64,000 nt of DNA from a virus (taxonomy: Duplodnaviria > Caudoviricetes), in IMG/VR virus record IMGVR_UViG_2848732850_000001, positions 2,123-66,122 of that record; one strand, written 5' to 3'. The notes under the pieces are model-generated. The model was given only the letters and a program-made list of their open reading frames with translations, was not told the DNA's origin and searched no databases. Positions 37,089 through 46,106 of the stretch are shown in pieces; position 1 is the stretch's first letter, and every line of letters begins with the position of its first letter. A program made the translations under genes and the position numbers.

Positions 37089-38005
37089 GTTTTCCTCTCC
37101 TTTAATTCCATGTATTCTTTTATTTTAGGCACTTCCTTTTTGCTTTGATAGTAGAGTATTTTACATACATCACTACCACTGTGATCTGCTATCTTTTTGA
37201 TAGTTGTGCCTAAATAAATATGTAAGTGTTGATTAAGCATATCCAATAGCTGGTAACTAGCGTAAAATCGTAGTCTAGGCTGGGTTCTTACACGATCGTA
37301 ACTATAGTGGGTATAAAAATACCCTTTTAAAAAGTTATGCTCATCCAGCCGTCTAAATAGTCGTGGTGCCGATCTTTCCAAATTTCCTTGACGGCCTACA
37401 TATCCGTTTTTAATCATGTATTGTACATACTCATTATCAATCCTCATTTTAACTCGATAAGACTTTTTCCTGCTATCGGTAACAGTATTAAATATTTTAT
37501 TTTGGATACCTGTAATTCTCTTTACCTTTAACAGTAATTTCTTATCCGAGTTTTGGATGAGGAAATAATCGCCAGAAAAACGAGCACTACCCCATAAAAA
37601 CCCTAAAACCCAATAACTTAGCGAAGATTTCCTTGAGCATCCACACGATTTTGCATTACCACTCACTAAATTAGTTGTGGTGACTTTGGTATACTCATTA
37701 CAATCGCATCGGCATAACCACAACGCTGACTTAGTTGTTGGGTGTGTACCTAGCCTTTTGATCACAGTCAACTTATTAAATGTTTGACCAGCTAAATCGC
37801 GTGTGTTTACCTCCGCTGCTCTCTCAGGTTTTAAACACCCGCACGATCGTGTATTTCCACTTCGCAAACTATCCATTAGTACGACTGTGTAGTTCTCACA
37901 TTTACACTTACAGAGCCAACGCCTTTTTGTGCCATGTTGCTCTACCTCTTTTACTACAGTCAATTTACCGTAACTTTGACCGGAAATATCCAAGCGTTTA
38001 CGCAT
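37085..38005 (-). CDS. Tandem Cys-rich homing-endonuclease-type repeats fused to a degenerate LAGLIDADG-like domain
   Basis: 2x D..GQ...KLTV...WLC.C.C......L.SGN..SCGC; then YWVLGFLWGSA and HNFLKGYFYTH. Confidence 0.65.
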   Translation of the reverse strand: MRKRLDISGQSYGKLTVVKEVEQHGTKRRWLCKCKCENYTVVLMDSLRSGNTRSCGCLKPERAAEVNTRDLAGQTFNKLTVIKRLGTHPTTKSALWLCRCDCNEYTKVTTTNLVSGNAKSCGCSRKSSLSYWVLGFLWGSARFSGDYFLIQNSDKKLLLKVKRITGIQNKIFNTVTDSRKKSYRVKMRIDNEYVQYMIKNGYVGRQGNLERSAPRLFRRLDEHNFLKGYFYTHYSYDRVRTQPRLRFYASYQLLDMLNQHLHIYLGTTIKKIADHSGSDVCKILYYQSKKEVPKIKEYMELKERKT

Positions 38006-38370
38006 TATGCAGCAACCTCACTCTTTCTTAAGTTAATAATTTGACCATTAACAACTTTGATGTATTTACGCTCGCCACCATCGCACACCTCGTATATACC
38101 GTTGTTAAGTTCAAATTCTTTCCCGTCCCAGCTACAGCTGGAAACCGGATCAACAAACTCGCGAGCGAAACCAAAACGGGCATCTTTGCCAGTAATGCGA
38201 GCAACCCAAGACTTGTGCTTACGAGAACCATGCGTGGTGTTAATTACAACTTTGCGAGTTTCCGCCCATGCCATTTTTAAAGCTTGTGCGAAATACTCTT
38301 TAACTTTACCTCCAAATTTAGCTTGTCCTTGTCTTGCGATCTCCCATGCTCTAACCATTACTTTTTTCAT
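38005..38370 (-). CDS. Hypothetical early phage protein
   Basis: RBS AAAGGAGG before ATG 38370; M.RAWEIA...YFA.ALK.AW N-domain. Confidence 0.75.
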   Translation of the reverse strand: MKKVMVRAWEIARQGQAKFGGKVKEYFAQALKMAWAETRKVVINTTHGSRKHKSWVARITGKDARFGFAREFVDPVSSCSWDGKEFELNNGIYEVCDGGERKYIKVVNGQIINLRKSEVAA

Positions 38371-38400
38371 TTCCGTTTCCTCCTTTGTTTTGTTAATTCT

Positions 38401-38429
38401 ATTATATAACCTTATAAGGTTAAAGTCAA
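38401..38429 (-). promoter_or_regulatory. SigmaA promoter with the same palindromic operator
   Basis: TTGACT-N17-TATAAT; TAACCTTATAAGGTTA at 38407-38422; degenerate copy ~38464-38479. Confidence 0.88.
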
Positions 38430-38615
38430 TAGGTTTTTGCAACTTTTTTTTATTTATTTTTAGTAACCTTTTAACGTTTAGTTAGCTTAGAGGGTGAGGA
38501 CGAGGTTTACAACTATTGGCAAGCGTAAACCTTCTTTCGTTATTAGTTTAATGACCAGCCGCGGAAAGTCTCCGGACACCGCGGTAATTAATATTATTAA
38601 AAAGGAGACGACGAT

Positions 38616-39008
38616 ATGACGAACAAGGCGGCTGGGCAAGCGCGCGAAGTTGAGGCGATTGAATGTAATGTCACGGCGGATAATTGGGGCAAGCACGTAG
38701 ACATATCCGAAGCACTCACCGGACTAAAAGCGGAGCAGGAACATGCGGACAGTATGAAAATAGATTTCGATAGCCTAAAAGGTGCGCTAAAGTCGTACGT
38801 AGAAACACAAAACAAATATGACGGTTACCACGACATTAGTTTTGACAAGGTATTCGAGATACTAAACGGATATAACAACGGTAACTGGCGTATTAGTGAT
38901 TATATTATACATGCAACAACAAAGACGTCCGAAAGCGGGGTATTAACTTACGGTGACGATCAATTCGTAATTGTGCGATTTACTAGTCGCGGAGGTGATT
39001 CGGACTAA
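38616..39008 (+). CDS. Hypothetical protein
   Basis: RBS AAGGAG; 130 aa. Confidence 0.6.
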   Translation: MTNKAAGQAREVEAIECNVTADNWGKHVDISEALTGLKAEQEHADSMKIDFDSLKGALKSYVETQNKYDGYHDISFDKVFEILNGYNNGNWRISDYIIHATTKTSESGVLTYGDDQFVIVRFTSRGGDSD

Positions 39009-39173
39009 TGAGCGAGTTAATTACGTTGGAAAAGGCGTCGGAAATACTACTCGATAAACTCAATAAAGGCGTGATAACCGACGAAAAGTGGGAACGCCTG
39101 CAATGGGTAATTTACGAGTGGGCTTGTGAAGCGGAAGGGTTGAACGACTAGTAAACTACGGAGGTTGGTATAA

Positions 39174-39365
39174 ATGGAAAGCCGAACAAATAAATACTTC
39201 TATTGTTATTCGAACAATCTTAAAAACCGTTTGCTGGACGAAGGCGAGCGGTTTATTTGTGTCGGAATAAATGAGCGGTCAAATAAGCGATTTTGGTTGT
39301 TTGAGCAGTCGGAAAAGCTGTCGGAGGTACTGACGGATTGGAAGGCACGTAAGGCACCTAAATGA
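39174..39365 (+). CDS. Small conserved phage protein (DUF5659-like)
   Basis: KYFYCYS..L...L...G..FIC.G.N....K.FWLF. Confidence 0.6.
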   Translation: MESRTNKYFYCYSNNLKNRLLDEGERFICVGINERSNKRFWLFEQSEKLSEVLTDWKARKAPK

Positions 39366-39394
39366 GTAACGCCGTGTAATTAAATATCGTATAA

Positions 39395-39859
39395 ATGGAG
39401 GAGTTATTTATGAGCGAAGAAAAACGAAAGGTTTACAATAAAACGCAACCAAGCGCAGGAGGACGCACGTTTACGCCAATTCCAAGTACTATAAGACATT
39501 ACATACACCACCCGAAAGTTAAGCCGGGAATGTTGTATTTATATGCGCTTATTATCGATTATTATAACGTAGAGCAAGGATATGCGTTTCCTAGTGTCGA
39601 TCAATTAGCGTTGGATTATGGAATGTCGTACAACGCTACGTCAAAGCATATCGAGGTTTTGCGTGATGTCGGTCTGATTGACTATCCGGAGAAAGGCAAG
39701 TACGTTCCGTTGGAGCCGTTAGAAGCATCGGAATTCTACGACGAGTTTCCAGAAGCGTGGGCGAAATATACGCAGGCTCGTAAAGCTAGCGATAATAAAC
39801 GCGAGAAAGACCGAGAAAGAATGCGTAAGTGGCGTATGGATAACGGTTATGGATCGTAG
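39395..39859 (+). CDS. Second winged-HTH replication-initiator-like protein
   Basis: FT.IP...LY..I.DY.N...GYAFPS.DQLA..YGMS......HI..L...GLI. Confidence 0.75.
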   Translation: MEELFMSEEKRKVYNKTQPSAGGRTFTPIPSTIRHYIHHPKVKPGMLYLYALIIDYYNVEQGYAFPSVDQLALDYGMSYNATSKHIEVLRDVGLIDYPEKGKYVPLEPLEASEFYDEFPEAWAKYTQARKASDNKREKDRERMRKWRMDNGYGS

Positions 39860-39879
39860 ATATTTCGAGTACCGAAGTT

Positions 39880-40215
39880 TGTCACGCCTTAAATTGGGTG
39901 TACGGATTACGCTATTTGGGTGTACGTTTCATTCTAATTGGGTGTTAACTAGATTTAATTAACTAGACTTATTTAACGAGATTTAAAAAGATACCGTAAA
40001 TACCTAAAACCTTGAAAGAGTTAAAACCTACGCCTTGTAAGAAGAGCACTTACAAGTCGGGTCATATATAAATTAAACACATTTCGAAAATGAATGATAC
40101 TTCGAAAATATAGTAAGTACATAAACGATAATTAAGTAAATAGGTATAAGTCGAAGAAAGTAATTATTCTAAAGAATAACAAGAGATAACCGTACACCCA
40201 AAGTGGAGCGTGACA
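39880..40215 (+). repeat. Origin-like/structured non-coding element, copy B
   Basis: TTGGGTGT at 39894/39916/39938 (22-bp period); TAACNAGA x3 (14-bp period); AAAAGATACC; hairpin CTTGTAAG-N7-CTTACAAG; terminal inverted repeat 21/26. Confidence 0.75.
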
Positions 40216-40291
40216 TATTTTGAAATAAAGATACTTTAATGTAGCAAAGCGTCATTTGACGGATAGACCACGTAAAGGAGGACGAATAAAC

Positions 40292-40690
40292 ATGGCGAAG
40301 AAACTCAGCGAAAAACAATACGCGGCTATTGCCATATTGTCATTGCCAAAAAAAGGCGGAATGACGTATGAGCAGATAGCGGATGAGATTGGAGTATCAT
40401 CGGAAACATTGCGTAGATGGCGTAACGAAGATACATTTAACGATGAACTAAAGCGTAACATTATGCGGAGTACGATTGAGCGACTACCGGACATTATGGC
40501 GTCTGTTCCGGATCATATAATTGAGCAAGGAAATGCTGCGATGTTTCGTACATTACTGCAAGCACACGGATTACTAACGGAGAAGCACGAGGTTACTAGC
40601 GGGAATAATGACGCAAAAGACATTGACGTTATGAAGGCAGAATTGGCGGAATTTAAGAAGCGAAAACATGGCGAGAATTATTCGGAATAA
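40292..40690 (+). CDS. terS: Terminase small subunit (phBC6A51-type HTH)
   Basis: LSEKQ.AAI..L...TYEQIADEIGVS..TL.RWR; upstream of TerL. Confidence 0.8.
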   Translation: MAKKLSEKQYAAIAILSLPKKGGMTYEQIADEIGVSSETLRRWRNEDTFNDELKRNIMRSTIERLPDIMASVPDHIIEQGNAAMFRTLLQAHGLLTEKHEVTSGNNDAKDIDVMKAELAEFKKRKHGENYSE

Positions 40691-41574
40691 TTCCTGGGAA
40701 TTTTCAGAGAGCCAATATCGGGTATTTCAGCGGTCATTATATAGGATATTTCTCGGAATTATTGCTGGCAAATAATGTTGTATTATGTGCGATTATTTCG
40801 GGGATTAATATTCGATACGAACAGCAATGAATTGCGTGGGATTTATCGTAATGTTTTCGTACAGAATTATGACGGGATTATATTGGGGGTTATTTCGTTA
40901 TAGTTAATTACGCAATTTGCAGGGCAACAGGCGATTGCGTGCGACCCCTCGATCACTTTGCGAAATCCCTACGAAACCATGCCGAAACTACCACGATAAT
41001 ATGCACGATCTTATACATTGCGGTATTATTGGCGAAATATGGTAAACGTTGGTCTATCAGCGTTACTGCTTATGTATAAACGATAACACAAAAGACACCG
41101 TCATTGAGAAGACATAAATGCAGTCATATCAAGGCGTTGGATGAATCGCTAGTTTACATAATGTGTGTTATCGGAAGTAACTTTTGCATAAACGTGTATA
41201 AAAATACGAATGCAATGCGGTGAGTGAAAGAGGGGCGGGGTGGTCGTTTTCTGAGAATAGTTTGCCAAGCCCGTCTTAACTGCGGATATCAAAATTTCAC
41301 TTCGGCTTATCGGAGGTGGCTCGATTGTCAGATGAAATAAGCATAACAAAACTAAGCACGAAAAGTCAACGTCTAGTGTAGTTATAAACGATATCCTCGG
41401 AGCGTTAGACGCCATTATACCGCCAATAAAGACGGACACAATCGAATTGCACACGAAATAAGGCGAGTACCGCTTAAGATAGACGCACTACAGACGTCTT
41501 AGTGACGAATGGGTACGAAACTACTTACGTAAGGCAAAACGACTCACACACGCCTTAAATCACGTCGAAAGGAG

Positions 41575-43359
41575 ATGAGGTATATCGCATGGGTAAGTAA
41601 TCGGTGGATAGAGTCCGATGAACGAGCAGAGTTAATTGAAACTTATACGTCTTATCTCGATATGATAGACGAAAAATATCCGAATCAAGACGATATGACT
41701 GTTGACGTCGTTTCCGACTATCTTGATAAAGCATACGAATTAGAACGGTTAGAGCGAATACACCGGTGCGAGTCTGATTTACTACAGTTTGCTATCGAAT
41801 ACTTTTCCGAAGCTAAAAACCCGGAGAATGACGGTAATTGGGATGGATTTGATATTTCCGACAAAGCACAATCGCCGGAATTTCACCGGGAGATAACCGA
41901 CATCATGAATACTGTATCCACCGAATATATAAACGCTAAAATTGCGGTTGCCGCACCTCGATCTCATGCAAAGTCGAGTTACCTATCGAAGGCATTTCCG
42001 ATTCACGAGGTAGTATACCGCAAACGTAAGTATGTGATTATTATCTCGGAAACTCCGAACGTATCGAAAGGTAACATGGAGTGGATACGCAATCAAATGA
42101 AATTTAATCGAAAGTTACGGGAGGACTTCGGTCCGTTGTTGTCGCCGAAAGAACAGTCGAACATACAAGATAATTCCGAATCATTTATCGCATGGTATCC
42201 GAAAGAGGGCGGGTTTAAAAAGCAAGTAGCGTTAGTAGAAGCAGCCTCTACAGGACAGGCTTTACGTGGGCGTAACTGGAACGGAACACGTCCAGACTTA
42301 GTAGTCTTAGACGACTTAGAGGACGCTAGACCAGGAGGTAACGCAAGTACTCCTGAACAAAGAGCTAAGCTAAAGGATTGGTTTTCGCAGACTGTTATTC
42401 CGTTAGGTGACCCTAAAGGGAAAAGAACAGCGTTTGTATACATGGGAACTACCGTACATTTCGAGTCCTTATTGATGGACGTTTTACATAATAATCCCGA
42501 CTTTGAATCTAAGGTGTTTAAGGCGATTATCGAATATCCGAAAAGAATGGACTTATGGGACGAGTGTCAAAGGGTATACACCAACAGAGATAATAAAAAC
42601 CGAAAAGAAGATGCAGAGGCGTTCTTTCGAGAAAATGAAGAAGAAATGCTAGATGGTTCAAAAGTATTATGGGAAGATGCTCAGCCATTATTTAAGCTAA
42701 TGAAATGGAAATGGACTTACGGAAGTAAGGCTTTTAATACGGAGTACATGAATAATCCAATCGATGAAGAATCTATGATATTTAATCCCGAAACTTTCAC
42801 TTATTGGGACGGAAAAATGAGATTAGAGGATTTCTTCGGCAAAGAGTTTGTTATCGGGATGGGAATAGACTTTGCGTTAGGTAAAGAAAAAGGGGATTAC
42901 CCTGCAATATCAGTAGTAGTAAAACATAAAGAAAAAGACTTAATCTACGTAGTGGATTCGTACCTCGAGCGAGTGCAGATCGACTACTTTTTTGATGTCA
43001 TCGTAGAAAAGGTTAAATACTGGCAACCGGATATAATAGCTGCTGATGCTAACGCTATGCAAGAAGTAATTGCAGGCTCTTTAGAAAAACGATTGCAACA
43101 AGAGGGCTACCCAGCAACTACACGTATGAGGAAAATTAAAAACAGGGGTAAAAAGGCTATACGTATTGAGGCGATGAAACTCGATATAGACCAAGGCGGT
43201 ATTAGATTTACTAGACGTCATCAACGGCTACTCGAACAATTCGAAAGGTACGGACAAGGAGCGCATGACGACGGTCCAGACTCGTTACAGATGGCGGTTG
43301 AGTCAACATCTCAAGCACGAAGAAGGAAAGCCGGAAACGCCGGCACATATCGATACTAG
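41575..43359 (+). CDS. terL: Terminase large subunit
   Basis: APRSHAKSS Walker A, RG..RPDLVVLDDLED, GT..H, GIDFA, HDDGPD. Confidence 0.95.
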   Translation: MRYIAWVSNRWIESDERAELIETYTSYLDMIDEKYPNQDDMTVDVVSDYLDKAYELERLERIHRCESDLLQFAIEYFSEAKNPENDGNWDGFDISDKAQSPEFHREITDIMNTVSTEYINAKIAVAAPRSHAKSSYLSKAFPIHEVVYRKRKYVIIISETPNVSKGNMEWIRNQMKFNRKLREDFGPLLSPKEQSNIQDNSESFIAWYPKEGGFKKQVALVEAASTGQALRGRNWNGTRPDLVVLDDLEDARPGGNASTPEQRAKLKDWFSQTVIPLGDPKGKRTAFVYMGTTVHFESLLMDVLHNNPDFESKVFKAIIEYPKRMDLWDECQRVYTNRDNKNRKEDAEAFFRENEEEMLDGSKVLWEDAQPLFKLMKWKWTYGSKAFNTEYMNNPIDEESMIFNPETFTYWDGKMRLEDFFGKEFVIGMGIDFALGKEKGDYPAISVVVKHKEKDLIYVVDSYLERVQIDYFFDVIVEKVKYWQPDIIAADANAMQEVIAGSLEKRLQQEGYPATTRMRKIKNRGKKAIRIEAMKLDIDQGGIRFTRRHQRLLEQFERYGQGAHDDGPDSLQMAVESTSQARRRKAGNAGTYRY

Positions 43360-43370
43360 GAGGAATTACT

Positions 43371-43595
43371 ATGTTTAAAGATACCTTTATTATAGCAGGT
43401 AAAGAAGAAGGGTTTAGGTACGAAGACGCAAGGATAGTAGTTCTTCACGACATCTCTATGCATGGTGACGGCAAAGAGATTGTAGAAAACCACATTAATA
43501 AACTAAGAGTAGGTGGATACAAGATATTTTATATAACGGAGACGGTAGATCGAATTGACGACATAGCTGACGCTGCAAACGGGGTTAACCCGTAA
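43371..43595 (+). CDS. Hypothetical protein between TerL and portal
   Basis: RBS AGGAGG; 74 aa. Confidence 0.55.
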   Translation: MFKDTFIIAGKEEGFRYEDARIVVLHDISMHGDGKEIVENHINKLRVGGYKIFYITETVDRIDDIADAANGVNP

Positions 43596-43628
43596 TACTA
43601 GCTTATACTAACCCGAAAGGAGGCGTTA

Positions 43629-45203
43629 ATGATCGTAGCAGATCCAAATTTACTTAACGGATTAGTTTTTAAACATCCGATGCAATATGCGATAGGAGAA
43701 AAAGAGTTTCAACGGATTGTAGACGAACTAAAACTGTACGAACGTTATTACGGCGAACGAGATACGTGGACTGATTACGAAGTTCCTACCGAACTCGACT
43801 ACAAACCTACCGAACTATCGATCAATTATTTACGTAAAATGATCGACACGATCGCAGCGTGGCAATTCGAAAGAGAACCGAAAGTATCTGCACCTCCCGA
43901 AATAGTGGACGACCCTGTCACGTCTCAACTACACGGGACAGAACCAAGCACAGAGCAACAACTAGCGAATAATCAAGCAAAGTCTAAAGAAAAGTTACTT
44001 TCGGCTGTCTGGAAAGAAAACAGGATGCACGAAAAGCTATTAGCGGCAGCAAAAGACCGTGCAATAACGAGAACAGGCGTGTTTGCCCGATTGCATTACG
44101 ACACTAGACGAGGAGCAATTCGGATACTATTCCATCCCTCAACTGAAGTTATTCCGGTTCATAACGAATGGGATGTCGATCAGTTAGACGAAGTTCATTT
44201 TATCGCTTACTTAGACGAAGAAGAGACGAAGCTTTGGAAGCTGTCGTATTATCTCGTTTGGAAAGGCGATGAGGAGTCTGGTCATTATGATTGCGAAATA
44301 GAAGAAGCGATATACAACGAAGAATTAAATGTTGTCGAGAACCGCGTATCTCGCCAATCGATGGGGCTCGATTTTATTCCGGTTGTCCACATTCCAACCG
44401 ACAAACTTACCGGAGCCTTACAAGGTACTTCCGAGTTAGAAAAGATGATCGGAGTATCTGACGAGATAAACAAGAAATTATCGGACTACAGCGATGCATT
44501 GCGGTTTGAAATGTTTGCAATTATGTTACTAAAAAATGTAGACGAAGACCCTAAAAACCCTCTACGAGTAAGCCCGGGAGCTAAATGGAATTTAGGTGAC
44601 GGCGACAAGGAAATTGGAGAACCTCACGCAGAGCGAATAGAGTCTGGCTTTAAATTTAAAGAAGCGATAGAAACGTACCTTGACCGGATGTATAAAGCGC
44701 TACACGAACTGTCCGAAGTACCGATCGTTAACACGTCTGAACTAAAAACAGGCGGAATTAACGAGGTTGCTATGCAGCTTATGTTTTCGTCTATCATTTC
44801 GAAAACGCAACGGTCGTGGGTTATATGGCAATCGAGATTACAGACGTTAAACGAGTATATTTTACGATACATGCAAGCCCGACAAGAGCATCCTAGGTTT
44901 AAGTACGATCGTGAGTTGTTGTCGGAAGTCGGGGACGACTACACAAACGAAATAGTATTTAACCTACCGTTGCCGAAAGATCGTATGGCGTTGGTTACAC
45001 AGCTAAGCAACGAAATAGCCAGCAACATGGAATCTATCAAGGGAGCTATTAAACGTAGCGGTAAGGAAAACGCAGAAGCTAAGCTAATGGAGATACTAGC
45101 CGAGCGAGAAATGATGCGGGAAAGAAAAGTAAAAAACGAAGACCCGTATCTAGAACAAGCGGAACAAACAGAACGACCGAGCAAACAGGAAGTAAAAACT
45201 TAG
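43629..45203 (+). CDS. Portal protein (SPP1 gp6-like)
   Basis: Position, 524 aa, YY.G, IPVVHIP, G.SEL motifs. Confidence 0.9.
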   Translation: MIVADPNLLNGLVFKHPMQYAIGEKEFQRIVDELKLYERYYGERDTWTDYEVPTELDYKPTELSINYLRKMIDTIAAWQFEREPKVSAPPEIVDDPVTSQLHGTEPSTEQQLANNQAKSKEKLLSAVWKENRMHEKLLAAAKDRAITRTGVFARLHYDTRRGAIRILFHPSTEVIPVHNEWDVDQLDEVHFIAYLDEEETKLWKLSYYLVWKGDEESGHYDCEIEEAIYNEELNVVENRVSRQSMGLDFIPVVHIPTDKLTGALQGTSELEKMIGVSDEINKKLSDYSDALRFEMFAIMLLKNVDEDPKNPLRVSPGAKWNLGDGDKEIGEPHAERIESGFKFKEAIETYLDRMYKALHELSEVPIVNTSELKTGGINEVAMQLMFSSIISKTQRSWVIWQSRLQTLNEYILRYMQARQEHPRFKYDRELLSEVGDDYTNEIVFNLPLPKDRMALVTQLSNEIASNMESIKGAIKRSGKENAEAKLMEILAEREMMRERKVKNEDPYLEQAEQTERPSKQEVKT

Positions 45204-45285
45204 GACTTGTCCGAAATGACATTAAACTATGCAGGTTTACACTCGTGTCGAACACGTTAAAAACGAAATTATGGGGGTAATTATA

Positions 45286-46032
45286 ATGAAGATGAATTTA
45301 CAATATTTTGCACACAACAATACAAATCCAGAAGAAACACCAAATAACGAAGGAGCACCGAACAACCCGTCTGCGGAGACGAAAAACCCCGAACAGGTGC
45401 AAGAACCACAACAACCATCGAACACTATACCGTATGAACGCTTTAAGGAAGTAAATGACGCTTATAAGTCGTTTAAACAGCTCGGATATGACTCGCCAGA
45501 TGAACTTAAAGCGCAACTGGACGAATTAAAAACGCTAAAACAAGCGGAAGAAGATCGTAAAAAGGCAGAAATGGACGAGGTCGAACGATTGCAAGCGGAA
45601 AAAGAGGATGCAGCGCAAAAGGCGCAAGAAGCTGAGGAGCAAGCAAAGAAAGCGAAGGAATCCGCAAACAACCGAATCATTAATACAGAAATCAAGTCGG
45701 TAGCTAGGGCGTTAAATGCAAATGACCCTAACGATGTACTTGCGTTGCTAGATAAGTCACAAATCGAGATGGACGAAGAAGGAAACGTGACTGGCGTAGA
45801 GGAGGCTGTGACAGCGTTTAAGGAAAGTAAACCGTGGTTATTTAAGCAAGCAATCGGGGCGGATGCAGCTGGCGGGAGTAACCCAGCGAAGAATCCGACA
45901 ATCAACGAAATATCAGCAAAGGAAAAAGAGTTGGAACAGGCAAAACAACAAGCAATTAAAGATAAAAGATACGCTGGTAAGGTTACAAGAATATGGAATG
46001 AATTAAAAAGTCTTAAAACAAACGGAAAATAA
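45286..46032 (+). CDS. Capsid scaffolding protein
   Basis: MNLQYFA N-terminus, IPYERF.EV, coiled coil, KPWLF. Confidence 0.85.
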   Translation: MKMNLQYFAHNNTNPEETPNNEGAPNNPSAETKNPEQVQEPQQPSNTIPYERFKEVNDAYKSFKQLGYDSPDELKAQLDELKTLKQAEEDRKKAEMDEVERLQAEKEDAAQKAQEAEEQAKKAKESANNRIINTEIKSVARALNANDPNDVLALLDKSQIEMDEEGNVTGVEEAVTAFKESKPWLFKQAIGADAAGGSNPAKNPTINEISAKEKELEQAKQQAIKDKRYAGKVTRIWNELKSLKTNGK

Positions 46033-46044
46033 AGAAGTGAATTT

Positions 46045-46069
46045 GAGTCGCTAAATTAGGCGGCTTTTT
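46045..46069 (+). terminator. Terminator-like hairpin between scaffold and capsid genes
   Basis: GAGTCGCT-loop-GGCGGCTT plus T run. Confidence 0.55.
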
Positions 46070-46106
46070 AATTACAAAAAATACAAATCAAAGGGGAAAT
46101 TTAACT

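Noticed and set aside
39880-40215. Retron msr-msd or DGR element suggested by the long inverted repeat
   Set aside because: No reverse transcriptase motifs in any ORF and no TR/VR pair noticed
41149-41454. 101-aa minus-strand ORF between terS and terL
   Set aside because: No convincing RBS or motifs; likely spurious
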